This document shows positions 28,680 through 39,218 of a DNA stretch of 64,000 nucleotides, one piece after another. This stretch comes from Acidobacteriota bacterium (GTDB lineage: Bacteria; Acidobacteriota; UBA6911; RPQK01; JAJDTT01): contig OZ253580.1 in NCBI GenBank assembly GCA_965263035.1, positions 5,056,001-5,120,000 on the forward strand, in the 5' to 3' direction. Position numbers and translations under genes: made by a program. The notes under the pieces are model-generated. The model was given only the letters and a program-made list of their open reading frames with translations, had not been told where the DNA came from and did no database searches. Position 1 is the first letter of the stretch, and the number at the start of each line of letters is the position of its first letter.

Positions 28680-31532
28680 TTACCGGCGGGTGACCCAGAT
28701 CGCCGAGGACCAGGCCATCATCTCGTCTTCCTGGATCACTCTCACGTAGTAGTAGCTGGTTCCCGGTCTGGAGTCCTGGTCCAGGTAGGTCACCGCGGCC
28801 TCACGCTGGTGGGGCCGGGTCTGGTAGACGAATGTGTTGTCCTTGACCACGTCGATCTGGCGGATGGGTCCGGTCCCGATGGCCTTGATTTCCAGCTTCG
28901 GGGTGTCGGAGAGGGTCGTTTCGTCGCCCATGAAGGCGTCGCCGATACGGAAGTCGATGACGATGTTGTCGGTGGAGGCCAGGGTATGGCGCTGTTTCAG
29001 GCCCTGGAAGATCCCTTCCCGCGTGAACTCCGTGGCCCAGACTCCCGCGTAGGACATGTGGGTGGATTCATGGTCGGAACTGGCGATGACGCCGATGCGG
29101 TGTCCGCGGGCCAGGGCGTCCCACAACATGTGGGGTCCTTCGGGCCGGTTCCCCAGGGGACCCCGGCTCTCTTCGGGAAGTGCGTCCGAATGCTCGTAGG
29201 ATCGTCGAAAACCCTGGTACATTTCCAGCACCGGCTGGCTGACCGGATCATGCCATTTCCAGCTCACCCGGGGGCCCAGGGGAGAGTGGGGGATGGAGAT
29301 TCCGTCCGTCCCCTTGAGCCTTTCCCACAGGCCCAGGGGAATGTTGTCCGAAGGGATGCCGACATCGCCGGGGATCAGCTCGCCCCGCCGCTCGGGCCAG
29401 ATCAGGTTGCGGTGTCCCCCCGGATAATTCATGCTCCGCTCGTATCCGAACAGAGACACGAATCGCCCCGGAAACAGGTACATGTCCGCCACCTTCTGGG
29501 TTCGCCACCAGCCATACTCGCCCAGCGCGTCCTCCTTGCCGACGTTCATGGCTCCTTTGGCCACCATGTTGTAGGTCTGGTTGTGGTCCGTGGTGGCCAT
29601 GAAATCCAGTTCCGCCCCGTCCAGCGCGTAGCGGTACTGACCCGAGATGGAGAGGTCGGTCCAACCGTGGCCCACGATGTCGGTGTGGCGATGCAGGTCG
29701 CCGTAATAGAGGCGATAGGTCTTGCCTCCCACCGTGGTCTCGTAGAGCTTGTTGGGCGTGGGCGAGTAACTCGTCTCGGGCGCCGGAGCCGGTACCGGAC
29801 GCAGGTCGCCGGCCCCGCCGGCGGCCGGCGGCGAGGCCAGGCGCGAGGACCAGAGGTCCCACTGTCCCAGGCGCCGGTTTCCGCCCGCGCGGTAGTCGGT
29901 GGAATAGAGCACCCAGACGCTTCCGTCCGGGTGCGCCGCCGCGGGAAACTCCTGAGTCAAGCGCCCGCTGCTGAAGGCCAGTTCCTGCGGCCGGGACCAC
30001 TGCTCTCCGTTGAAATGGACGGCGTACAGGTTCCAAACCTCGTCCGGGTACATGCGGCTGGTCCACTGGCGAAAGATGAGCCAGAGGTTGCCATTCCGCC
30101 CCATCAGGAGCCGCGGCTGTTCCTGGAAGTTCAGAGGCAGATCCAGGAAGCGGCTTCCCGGATCCTGTCCCATCCGGTGCCAGCTCCCCTGACTGCGGCA
30201 ACGGATCCGAATCTTGCGGTCGGAGTGGAGCAGAGTTGCCGCGAAATTGCTCTCCTGAGCGTAGTCCTTGCCCCATTCGGGACCGGATTCTTCCCAGGCA
30301 ACCCAGAGCCGGTCCCGGGAATCGAAGGTAACCGAAGCATTGGCTTCGTAATAACGTGTGGCCGTGACCGGTTCGACGGTTCCTAGACGGCCCCGGGATC
30401 CGATGGTCCTCAGATAGATGTCGTAGTCGCCGTTCCGGTAGGTGTCCCAGACGACGGCGGCCCCCCCCGAGGAATCGACGGCCACGGCTGGGTGCCAGTC
30501 GGTGCCGGGATGCTCGGTGACGCGGATCTCATGCGGCAGCCGCCCGAAATCGGCGATGGAAAGAGCATAGATGTCGGAGTTTCCCTCCCTCAAGCCCTGC
30601 CAGACCAGCCAGTTCCTCCCCCGGCCGTCGGAAGCGGTCACCGGGTTGATGTCGTTGCCCGGGTGCCGGGTGAGCTGTACGGGATTTCCGAGCGACGGTC
30701 TTATCCGGCGGGCCCAGAGGTCGAACTGGTCCTCCGCGAGCTGGTTGTAGATAAGCCAGAGACTCTCGCCAGGCCCCTCGGTGATCAGGGCCGTCCCGTA
30801 GATGGGGTTCCCGCCTGCGTGTGGGATTCGGTGAGGTGGACCCCAGCCGTGCTGACCCAGGGTGGTGGTGTAGAGGTGATCCCCCCCGTCCTGGTATTGG
30901 ATCCAGGCCGCGTGAAGGTGACCGTCCGGACCGACGACGACGGAAGGATAGTCCTCTTCGCCGGATGAGCGAGAAACCGGGAGGGCCGCTGGGGATCTCT
31001 CCACCGAAGCCGCGCCGTCCAGGAACCATGCGGGATCCGTGTCCGGAAGCTGGTCCAGGTCGACCTGGAAATCTCCCTGCACCGTGTTCACGTCCATCCG
31101 AGCCCCAGGAAGCGAGTCCAGCTGCAGCCAGACGCCTACGGGGCGGGTGAGCTTGAAGCCATAGTGGGGCCGTGAGTTCCCGAGTCCCTTGACGGTCCAA
31201 CTCGTGTCCACGTCCGGGCGCTTGGTCCGGACCCTCCAGGCGATCTTCGGTTCCTGGACCACCTCGGAGCCCTCCTCGTTGAAGTTCCAACCCTGGATCC
31301 GGTGGAAATCGCCCCGGTTCAGGTGGGCGATTCCGTTCCAGTCCCGGAGCTCCGCGTCCTTCAGGCCAAGTGAGACCTTCACCGTGAGGGGCAACTGCGA
31401 CGGTTCGAAGGCGGGCGCTGGAGATGAGGCCTGTGCTTGCTTCCCCGCGAACGGAAGCCACTCGGATCCGAAACGGATAACTGCGGCCGCCGCCAGAGCC
31501 AGAATGAGCAGAGCCGAGAGGCGTCGAGTCAT
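28680..31532 (-). CDS. Secreted beta-propeller plus DUF3604/PHP-like metallohydrolase
   Basis: YYGDLHRHT, LDFMATTDH, GHRN, IPH, GVIASSDH, YYYVRVIQED..AWSSAIWV. Confidence 0.7.
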   Translation of the reverse strand: MTRRLSALLILALAAAAVIRFGSEWLPFAGKQAQASSPAPAFEPSQLPLTVKVSLGLKDAELRDWNGIAHLNRGDFHRIQGWNFNEEGSEVVQEPKIAWRVRTKRPDVDTSWTVKGLGNSRPHYGFKLTRPVGVWLQLDSLPGARMDVNTVQGDFQVDLDQLPDTDPAWFLDGAASVERSPAALPVSRSSGEEDYPSVVVGPDGHLHAAWIQYQDGGDHLYTTTLGQHGWGPPHRIPHAGGNPIYGTALITEGPGESLWLIYNQLAEDQFDLWARRIRPSLGNPVQLTRHPGNDINPVTASDGRGRNWLVWQGLREGNSDIYALSIADFGRLPHEIRVTEHPGTDWHPAVAVDSSGGAAVVWDTYRNGDYDIYLRTIGSRGRLGTVEPVTATRYYEANASVTFDSRDRLWVAWEESGPEWGKDYAQESNFAATLLHSDRKIRIRCRSQGSWHRMGQDPGSRFLDLPLNFQEQPRLLMGRNGNLWLIFRQWTSRMYPDEVWNLYAVHFNGEQWSRPQELAFSSGRLTQEFPAAAHPDGSVWVLYSTDYRAGGNRRLGQWDLWSSRLASPPAAGGAGDLRPVPAPAPETSYSPTPNKLYETTVGGKTYRLYYGDLHRHTDIVGHGWTDLSISGQYRYALDGAELDFMATTDHNQTYNMVAKGAMNVGKEDALGEYGWWRTQKVADMYLFPGRFVSLFGYERSMNYPGGHRNLIWPERRGELIPGDVGIPSDNIPLGLWERLKGTDGISIPHSPLGPRVSWKWHDPVSQPVLEMYQGFRRSYEHSDALPEESRGPLGNRPEGPHMLWDALARGHRIGVIASSDHESTHMSYAGVWATEFTREGIFQGLKQRHTLASTDNIVIDFRIGDAFMGDETTLSDTPKLEIKAIGTGPIRQIDVVKDNTFVYQTRPHQREAAVTYLDQDSRPGTSYYYVRVIQEDEMMAWSSAIWVTRR

Positions 31533-31688
31533 GGGAAGATCGCTTGAACGAGGCTATTCGGTCGCGGCAGGCAGTGTCAAGGAGGCGCCAAGCCCAACGT
31601 TGCCTGTTCGGGATGGTTCCGAGACCGCCTGTTTTTCTTTTGGATCTTCTCCTCAGAGTTCATGGCTGGCGGCAGGCAGTCGTTTAAT

Positions 31689-33685
31689 CCCAGATTATTC
31701 ACCACGCAAACATAAAATGAGCAAGCGTGCCCGTCATGTCGAGTCGGATCAGAGGGTTACCGGATACCCACAGAAAACGGCTGAGACCCGACCTGGGTGA
31801 AACGCTATCTTTGTTTTCAACGTCGGTTTAAACTCAGGATTCAAGGGGGGCCGAAAGCCAAGAAATTCCACGGTTTTCGTCCCCTCCAAGGGCGGCATAA
31901 AGAGGCGGCGTGCCCGTCATTTGTGGTATAGTTATGGTGTTACAAAAACAACCACAATAAACGGAGCACGCCATGCCTGAGACGATACCGCAGATCCGGC
32001 CCTCATTCAACCGATCCCTCCGCCTCGAGACCCGCCCCGAGTTGCTCAGTGCGGACACGGGAGCCCTGGTGCAACGGGAGATGATGGATCGTAGCGGCCT
32101 CATCGACTGGTTGACCGGGCGGTTGCACGATCCGCGACACCCGAGTTCGATCCGCTATCCGCTGTCGGATCTGCTGCGGACTCGACTCCTGCTGCTGGGT
32201 CAGGGCTGGCGCGACCAGTCCGACGCCGACCGCCTGCGTCAGGATCCGAGCTTGCGGGTGGCGAGCCGGACCCGTCGGGGCACGGCGGCCTTGGAGGAGG
32301 GCCAGGGGCTGGCGTCGCAGCCGACCTTGTCCCGACTGCTGGACACGCTCAGCCGGGAGGAGAACCTTCCGGTCCTGCACCAGGCGGTGACGGAGCTGGC
32401 GTGCCGTCGGATCGAGATGATCGAAGGCCGGCGGCGAAAACGGAGGGAAAAGACCCCACGGAAGAAGAGACGGAAAAAGACGATGGTCCTGGACGTGGAC
32501 GGTCTCCCGGTCGAAGTCCATGGGCATCCCCCGGGAAGCGAATGGAACGGATACTATCGCCAGCGGATGTACCACGGGTTGGTGGCGAGTTGTGCCGAGA
32601 CGGGGGACCTGATCGACGGGGAGATTTTTCCGGGAGCCAGCTACCTGGGGAAAAAGGCGCTGAAGTTGACGCTCCGGGTGGTGGACCACTGTCGCGGGCG
32701 TCTGTGCGGCTCGATGATCGTGCGGATGGATGCGGGGTTCCCGGAGCCGGGGCTGCTGAAGGGGCTGGAGTCGAGAAGCGTGCCCTATATCGCTCGAATC
32801 CGCAAGAATGAGGTCCTGAACCGGATGGCGAAGCCCTACTTGACCCAACCGGCGGGGCGATCCCCGGATGCACCACCGAGGCTCTGGTTCCATGAGCTGA
32901 CCTATCAGGCGGAGAGTTGGGATCGGGCGCGCCGGGTGGTGCTGGTGGTGCGGGAGCGACCGGAGGAGTTGTATCCGGATCATTTCTGGTTGCTGACGAG
33001 CCTGAGCCGGAAACGATACCAGGCTCAGGAGTTGCTGGCACAGTATCGAAAGCGGGGGAAGGCGGAAGGGCACATGGGGGAGTTGATGGACGTGCTCGAT
33101 CCGGCCTTGTCCTCCGCGAGCCGGCCCAAGACGCACTATCGGGGCCAACCGCTGAAGTCGGAAGCCAAGCCGGAAGCGAGGACGGAGGCCGGGGTTCGAC
33201 CCCACAACGAAGTCTTGTTCCTGCTGAATCTTCTGGGGTACGAGATCCTGCACCTGGGTCGGGTGCTGATGGAGCAGGCGACGCGTCGGGGCTGGAGTCT
33301 GCGTCGTTTTCGCGAGCGGGTGTTGCGAGTGGCGAGTCGGGCGCTACGTCAGGGGAGGCGATTGATTTTCGTCATCAGTCAAGGGGCGACGGACTGGAAG
33401 GAGTTGTGGCAGAGACTGGCGCGGGTGTCCTGGGCGCCGGGATAGTGGACGGAGGAGGCATCGGGCCCGTGGAAGGGACCGAAACGGTGGGGATTTCTCA
33501 CCGGAAAGTCAACCTGTTGGCGGGTGACGGTCCCCCTGGCCGGAAAACGGTTAATGACTGGTTCAATCGTCCTGTTTTCGAGCCGATTCAGTCGAATCGA
33601 CAGAGGTTCAAGAGAAACCGGGCTCCGACCGCACGAAAACGCCGGGTTGGAAGCCCTTATCAACATGTCCCATGAATAATCTGGG
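31689..33685 (+). mobile_element. Complete IS1380-family element (1997 bp)
   Basis: Perfect 13-bp TIR CCCAGATTATTCA / TGAATAATCTGGG; 5-bp target duplication TTAAT at 31684-31688 and 33686-33690. Confidence 0.92.
31973..33445 (+). CDS. IS1380 family transposase
   Basis: LSADTGAL, LASQPTLSRL, LDVDG, VRMDAGFP, YRKRGKAEGHMGEL. Confidence 0.9.
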   Translation: MPETIPQIRPSFNRSLRLETRPELLSADTGALVQREMMDRSGLIDWLTGRLHDPRHPSSIRYPLSDLLRTRLLLLGQGWRDQSDADRLRQDPSLRVASRTRRGTAALEEGQGLASQPTLSRLLDTLSREENLPVLHQAVTELACRRIEMIEGRRRKRREKTPRKKRRKKTMVLDVDGLPVEVHGHPPGSEWNGYYRQRMYHGLVASCAETGDLIDGEIFPGASYLGKKALKLTLRVVDHCRGRLCGSMIVRMDAGFPEPGLLKGLESRSVPYIARIRKNEVLNRMAKPYLTQPAGRSPDAPPRLWFHELTYQAESWDRARRVVLVVRERPEELYPDHFWLLTSLSRKRYQAQELLAQYRKRGKAEGHMGELMDVLDPALSSASRPKTHYRGQPLKSEAKPEARTEAGVRPHNEVLFLLNLLGYEILHLGRVLMEQATRRGWSLRRFRERVLRVASRALRQGRRLIFVISQGATDWKELWQRLARVSWAPG

Positions 33686-33732
33686 TTAATTGACAGCACC
33701 TGACCGAGTCAGTAGGTTCCACTTGAGGAAAC

Positions 33733-34029
33733 ATGAGCGTCGATTTGATCAGCGTCCTCGTTGCGATGGCGGCGATTGGCGTCGCTTTGGCGGGGTTGAT
33801 CCTGACCACCAGCCGGGGTCTGCGTCAGGACATGGCCCGAATGGAGAAGCGGCTGGATGGCAGGATCGATGCCTTGGATGGGAGAATCGACGCTCTGGAA
33901 TCTCGAATCGATGAGTTTCAGTTCCGGATGGACCGTCAGATTGCTGCGCTCCGCGAGCGCATGGCGCATTTGGAAGGGATTCTGAAAGGACTTCAAGAAG
34001 CCATCGTCCTACGGTCAGTCGCGGACTAA
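33733..34029 (+). CDS. Small membrane-anchored coiled-coil protein
   Basis: N-terminal TM helix, LDGRIDA heptad repeats; RBS GAGG; upstream TTGACA-17-TAGGTT. Confidence 0.7.
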   Translation: MSVDLISVLVAMAAIGVALAGLILTTSRGLRQDMARMEKRLDGRIDALDGRIDALESRIDEFQFRMDRQIAALRERMAHLEGILKGLQEAIVLRSVAD

Positions 34030-34185
34030 CGAGGAAGAGAGGAACTACCCAACCGGGCGGTGTCCGGGGCAATCATGGGAGAAATAGAGCATCGGGTTAT
34101 TCTGGCGCAGTTGTCCGCTATACGATCATTTCCTTCTCTCTTTCCTCTTTCCTCAGGACTCGTGCCGGGAAAAGAGACGAAATAG

Positions 34186-35478
34186 ATGTGGGTTCGGATC
34201 TGTTTCCCGGTTCTCCTTTTGTTGTTGCTGGCTTCCACCCTTGGGGCGGTGCAGTCGCCGCCCGACCCTGACTTCAATCGAGATATCCTGCCCATCTTCC
34301 AGCGCGAGTGTGTGGGTTGCCACAGCTCGGCCCTCAAGCTGGGCGGATTGGTCCTGGAGAACTATCAGGACCTGATGAAGGGGGGAGAGCAGGGAACCCC
34401 TCTGGTGCCGGGTCACGCCGATCAGAGCCTGCTGGTGAGGATGCTGGAGGGAACGGCTGAGCCCAGAATGCCCCTCAACGGCCAGCTTCCGGCCGAACAG
34501 ATCCAACTGGTAAGAGCCTGGATCGACGCCAGCGCCCGGCCTCCGGTCACCCTGGCGACCGCCGACCATGAGGTTCCCATCCCGGATATCCGTCCCCGAG
34601 TCCACGTGGAGCCCCCGCTGGCGGCCCTGGCTTTCCATCCCCGGGAGAAGTGGCTGGCACGGGGAGGTTTCCGGCGGGTCGAGCTTCTGGACTTGACGGA
34701 GAATCGGACGATTCACAGCCTCGAAGGCCCTCCGGACCTGGTGCGGAGCCTCAGCTTCAGCCCCGACGGAAAGCTGCTGGCGGCAGGAGGTGGGGCTCCC
34801 GCCCGGCAAGGGGAAATTCGGGTCTGGAGTCTGAGCGAGGCTGTGCTCCAGATCGAGCTGAAGGGCCATTCCGACTGTGTCTATGCGTTGGATTTCAGTC
34901 CCGACAATCGGCTTCTGGCCAGCTCCAGTTATGATCGGCTGATCCAGTTGTGGGACGTCGAAACCGGGACCAGTCTCGGCACCCTGGAGGAACACAACGG
35001 CCCCGTCTATTCCATCGCTTTCCTGCCTTCGGGAAACGAACTCGTATCCGCTTCGGCGGATGGCACGGTGAAGGTCTGGGATGTCGTCTCGCGCCGGCGC
35101 CTCGTCACCCTGACCGGAGGCGAGGGTCCCCTCTACGGCGTGGCCGTCCATCCGGAAGGCGGCCAGTTTGCCACCGCGGGTGGCGACGGGACCATCCGGG
35201 TCTGGAACCGGGAAGGGGACGAGTGGCAGGTGAAACGCTCCGTCGTGGCGCATCGGAGCGGGACGGAGCACATCGTCTACTCCAGGGACGGCCGGAGGAT
35301 CGTGACCGGCGGAACCGATCGGGTGGTCAAGATCTGGGATTCGACCCCTCTGTCGCGCGTCGGGGCTTGGGATCCTGAGCCCGACTCCATCCTGGCTCTG
35401 GCCCTGTCCGCCGACGGAAGCCTCGCCCTGGGACGTTATGATGGAGCCCTGAAACTCGTGGCCAACGCTGTGGAATAG
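34186..35478 (+). CDS. Planctomycete cytochrome c domain plus WD40 repeat protein
   Basis: FNRDILPIF, CVGCH, RMP; several GH...D..I.LWD repeats. Confidence 0.88.
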   Translation: MWVRICFPVLLLLLLASTLGAVQSPPDPDFNRDILPIFQRECVGCHSSALKLGGLVLENYQDLMKGGEQGTPLVPGHADQSLLVRMLEGTAEPRMPLNGQLPAEQIQLVRAWIDASARPPVTLATADHEVPIPDIRPRVHVEPPLAALAFHPREKWLARGGFRRVELLDLTENRTIHSLEGPPDLVRSLSFSPDGKLLAAGGGAPARQGEIRVWSLSEAVLQIELKGHSDCVYALDFSPDNRLLASSSYDRLIQLWDVETGTSLGTLEEHNGPVYSIAFLPSGNELVSASADGTVKVWDVVSRRRLVTLTGGEGPLYGVAVHPEGGQFATAGGDGTIRVWNREGDEWQVKRSVVAHRSGTEHIVYSRDGRRIVTGGTDRVVKIWDSTPLSRVGAWDPEPDSILALALSADGSLALGRYDGALKLVANAVE

Positions 35479-35504
35479 CGGGACATCCTGGCAGCCGCCA
35501 CCTC

Positions 35505-35665
35505 GGAGCCTGCGCGGCAGAAATTGATCTACTGCGAAAGCGGTAGAATCGGTCCATATTTCCTCGATTTCTCGGCGAATAGAACGACTATGCACCTCCA
35601 AATCGAGAAAATCTGGCCTCGATTTCCCACTTTCTCGCTACGATCATTTCTACCGCGCAGACTCC
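35505..35665. mobile_element. MITE family B, copy 1 (161 bp)
   Basis: TIRs GGAGCCTGCGCGG / CCGCGCAGACTCC; inverted near-identical copy at 41928-42088. Confidence 0.8.
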
Positions 35666-35725
35666 TAGCGACGCATGAACCGGCAGCCGGACGCGGGCGC
35701 CGGAGGGAGTGACCTGACCGTGGGC

Positions 35726-37003
35726 ATGGATTTGTCGGCGTTCGGACGGCGGCTGTTGGGCGACTCGGGGACCTGGTCGCTGATGGACGACCTCGGCGGA
35801 ATTGCTGCGTCCGGCGGCTCGATCATGAATCTTGGAGGAGGCAATCCCAGCCTCGTCCCAGCCGCCGTAGCCCGGTTTCGCCGCCGCATGCAGGCACTGC
35901 TGGAGCGCGAAGGGGCGTTCGAGCAGGCGATCGGCTTCTACGGCGGGCCGGAGGGAGACCGGGATTTCGCCCGCGCGCTGGCCCGATTCCTGCGGAGAGA
36001 GGTCGGCTGGGAGATCAGTGAGCGCAACATCGCCCTGACCAACGGGAGCCAATCCGCCTTCCTGCCCCTGTTCAATCTCCTGGCCGGCCCGATGGAGGCC
36101 GGCCGGCCGATGCGCAGGATCCTGCTGCCGTTGGCGCCGGAGTACATCGGATACGCGGACCTGGGCCTCACGCCCGGTCTCTTGACCGCACGCCGTTCGA
36201 CCATCCATGAGCTGGACGACAAGCTCTTCAAATACGGGGTGGACTTCGAAGGACTGGACGGTGTCGAGGACATCGGAGCGATCTGCGTGTCCCGTCCGTC
36301 CAACCCGACCGGGAACGTGGTCACCGACATGGAGGTCGACCGGCTCCGCGCCGCCGCCCGTTCCCGCGGTGTGCCCCTCATCCTGGACACCGCCTACGGA
36401 TCGCCGTTCCCGGGCATCGTCTTCGGTCAGGAGACCCCCGTGTGGGACGAGCAGATGGTCGTCTGCATGAGTCTGTCGAAACTCGGACTTCCCGGATTGC
36501 GCACAGGCATCGTGATTGCGAGCGAGGAGATCGTCGCGGCGCTGGCCGCCGCCACGGCCATCTTCTGCCTGTCTCCGGGGCGGCTCGGACCCGCCCTCGC
36601 CACCGATCTCATCGAGAGCGGCGAGGTGCTGGCGCTCGTCCGGGAGATCATCCGGCCCCACTATGCGGTGCGCGCGGAGCGCGCCGTGGACCGGCTCCGC
36701 ACCGGGCTGGAGGACTACCCCATCCGGATCCACAAACCGGAGGGCGCATTCTTCCTCTGGCTCTGGATGCCGGGTCTCCCGATGGCCAACGCCGCGCTCT
36801 ACAAACAGCTCAAAGCGCGCGGCGTCATCGTCGTGTCGGGCCACTACTTCTTTCCGGGGCTCGAGGACGACGACTGGCCGCACAAACGGGAATGTATCCG
36901 CATCAGTTATGCCGACGACTGGGACCGAATCGAACGCGGGCTCGACATCATTGTGGAGGAAGTGCGCCGGGCATACGACGGATCGCCGCCGGCCTCCCCA
37001 TGA
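35726..37003 (+). CDS. avtA: Valine--pyruvate aminotransferase
   Basis: MNLGGGNP, NIALTNGSQSAF, PLAPEYIGYAD, SRPSNPTGNV, SLSKLGLPGLRTG, HKPEGAFFLWLW. Confidence 0.9.
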   Translation: MDLSAFGRRLLGDSGTWSLMDDLGGIAASGGSIMNLGGGNPSLVPAAVARFRRRMQALLEREGAFEQAIGFYGGPEGDRDFARALARFLRREVGWEISERNIALTNGSQSAFLPLFNLLAGPMEAGRPMRRILLPLAPEYIGYADLGLTPGLLTARRSTIHELDDKLFKYGVDFEGLDGVEDIGAICVSRPSNPTGNVVTDMEVDRLRAAARSRGVPLILDTAYGSPFPGIVFGQETPVWDEQMVVCMSLSKLGLPGLRTGIVIASEEIVAALAAATAIFCLSPGRLGPALATDLIESGEVLALVREIIRPHYAVRAERAVDRLRTGLEDYPIRIHKPEGAFFLWLWMPGLPMANAALYKQLKARGVIVVSGHYFFPGLEDDDWPHKRECIRISYADDWDRIERGLDIIVEEVRRAYDGSPPASP

Positions 37004-37098
37004 AGCTCATCGGCCTCATAGTCCACCCGCTTTGAAAATCATTCTGACGGCGGGGACCATCTCTGTTATCCTTCTGTCGAGCCGATAGAGCTTTAATC

Positions 37099-38109
37099 AT
37101 GGCTGATCAAATTTTCGAAATGCCCGAGTTTCGTCCTCCGCGGATCTCGTGGAGGCACGTCCGACTGGCCCTTCTGGTCATTTCGGTGGTGGTTCTGGCC
37201 TTTGGGACCGTCTATCAGGTGCAGCCGGAAGAAGTCGGAGTGGTCCTGTTTTTCGGGAAGCACGTTCGGACCACCCAGCCGGGACTTCGCTTCAAGCTCC
37301 CCTTTGTGGAAGACGTTCTGAAGGTCCCGGTGCAGCGCCAGCTCAAGCAGGAATTCGGGTTTCGGACCACCCAGCCGGAGATCCGGACCCGCTATGCATC
37401 CAAGCGTTTCCTTGATGAGTCGTTGATGCTCACCGGGGATCTGAACGTGGCGGTGGTGGAGTGGATCGTCCAGTACCGGATCACCGATCCATTCCTTTTT
37501 CTCTTCAGGGTCCGGAACGTTCAGGAGACGTTTCGTGACATGAACGAAGCGGTGATGCGCGAGGTGGTCGGGGATCGGACCGTCACCGAGGTCTTGACCG
37601 TTGGCCGCCAGGAAATCGAGGACATCGCGGAACAAAAGCTGCAGGAACTCTGCAGGCAGTATGAGACCGGCATCACGGTGGACCAGGTCGTGTTGCAGAA
37701 CGTGAACCCGCCCGATCCCGTCAAGCCGTCGTGGGACGAAGTGAACCAGGCTCAGCAACAGATGGACCGCCTCATCAACGAGGCTCGCGCCGAGTACAAC
37801 AAGGTGATCCCTCGGGCCAAGGGTGAAGCGGAACAGGCTGTCCTGCAGTCTCAGGGTTACGCACTCGAGCGCGTCAACGAGGCCAAGGGGGATGCCTCCC
37901 GCTTCAAGTCTTTGCACGATGCCTACCGCCGGGCGCCTGAGGTCACCAGGCGACGGATGTACCTGGAAACCATGCAGAAGATCCTGCCTCGTTCGGGCCG
38001 CAAACTATTTCTGGACGAGGATGCCGACGGCGTCATTCCGCTGCTGCCCATGGATTCTCTGGAGAAGATGATTTCGGGTCGTTCACAAGCGGAGGGATCG
38101 GGCCAATGA
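37099..38109 (+). CDS. hflK: HflK
   Basis: PGLRFKLPF, MLTGDLNVAVVEWIVQY, NVNPPDPV, YNKVIPRAKGEA, PEVTRRRMYLETM. Confidence 0.92.
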   Translation: MADQIFEMPEFRPPRISWRHVRLALLVISVVVLAFGTVYQVQPEEVGVVLFFGKHVRTTQPGLRFKLPFVEDVLKVPVQRQLKQEFGFRTTQPEIRTRYASKRFLDESLMLTGDLNVAVVEWIVQYRITDPFLFLFRVRNVQETFRDMNEAVMREVVGDRTVTEVLTVGRQEIEDIAEQKLQELCRQYETGITVDQVVLQNVNPPDPVKPSWDEVNQAQQQMDRLINEARAEYNKVIPRAKGEAEQAVLQSQGYALERVNEAKGDASRFKSLHDAYRRAPEVTRRRMYLETMQKILPRSGRKLFLDEDADGVIPLLPMDSLEKMISGRSQAEGSGQ

Positions 38110-39035
38110 AGCGCCGACATCTGTATCTACTCCTGGGTGCGGCCATCCTGGCCCTGGTGGTGGACGGCACCTACGTCACGAACGAAGCTGAGCAGGTCAT
38201 CATCACCCAGTTGGGTAGACCGGTCGGAGAGCCGGTCACCGATCCGGGTCTTCACCTGAAACTTCCCTTCATCCAGAAGGCCAACTATTTCGACAAGCGA
38301 TTCCTGGAGTGGGACGGCGACGCGGACCAGATGCCGACCAAGGACAAGCGATTCATCTGGGTGGACACCTACGCCAGGTGGCGCATCAGCGATCCTCTCC
38401 GGTTCCTGGAGAGGATGCGGGACGAACCCAGGGCCCAGTCCCGGCTGGACGATATTCTGGACGGCGAGACACGCAATGCCATCGCTCGCCACGAATTGGT
38501 GGAGGTGGTCCGAACCAGCAACCGGCAGCCCCAGGAACCCCAGGAGTCAGCCGAGGAGGAGACCTCGGTGCTCGCGAACATCGAGACCGGGCGCCAAGCA
38601 ATTACCCGGGCAATCCTGGAGACGGCCACTCCCAAGGTAGCCGACTTCGGGATCGAGCTCATCGATCTTCAGCTCAAGCGGATCAACTATGTGGAAGAGG
38701 TTCGGAAGGACGTCTTCGCCCGCATGATCGCCGAGCGCAACCGAATCGCGGAGCGCTACCGCTCGGAGGGTCAGGGCCAAGCCGCCCGGATCCGGGGCGA
38801 GCGGGAGAGGGAACTGCAGCGGATTCAGTCGGAAGCGTACAAGACCGCTCAGGAGACCCGAGGCAGGGCGGACGGAGAGGCCACTCAGATCTACGCCGAA
38901 GCGTACAACCGGGATGCCTCCTTTTACGCCTTCATGAAGAGCATGGAGACGTACGAGCGGGGCGTCGACTCCAAGACGATCTTGATCCTCACCACCAAGG
39001 GCGAGTTGCTCAGGCACATGCAACGTGCCCAATAG
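38106..39035 (+). CDS. hflC: HflC
   Basis: PGLHLKLPFIQ, PTKDKRFIWVD, KRINY, RMIAERNRIAERYRSEG. Confidence 0.92.
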   Translation: MKRRHLYLLLGAAILALVVDGTYVTNEAEQVIITQLGRPVGEPVTDPGLHLKLPFIQKANYFDKRFLEWDGDADQMPTKDKRFIWVDTYARWRISDPLRFLERMRDEPRAQSRLDDILDGETRNAIARHELVEVVRTSNRQPQEPQESAEEETSVLANIETGRQAITRAILETATPKVADFGIELIDLQLKRINYVEEVRKDVFARMIAERNRIAERYRSEGQGQAARIRGERERELQRIQSEAYKTAQETRGRADGEATQIYAEAYNRDASFYAFMKSMETYERGVDSKTILILTTKGELLRHMQRAQ

Positions 39036-39056
39036 GCGGAACCCCAACCCACATTA

Positions 39057-39218
39057 ACAGCCCGTGGCAAAAGTCGTCACGGCATTCGACCGTCCCTGCA
39101 TCGTGCGCGGACTGCGTTGCTATCGGCTCACATACTCCCGGTATGCTCCCTCCGTTGCGCCTGGTCCGGCGGGCGCAGGAACGGTTTCGGTGCTCGCGGG
39201 ACTTTCTCCACGGACTGT
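39057..39218. mobile_element. MITE family A, copy 2
   Basis: Reverse complement of 15262-15423; sits in a TTAA context and overlaps the TAA stop of the adjacent gene. Confidence 0.8.
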
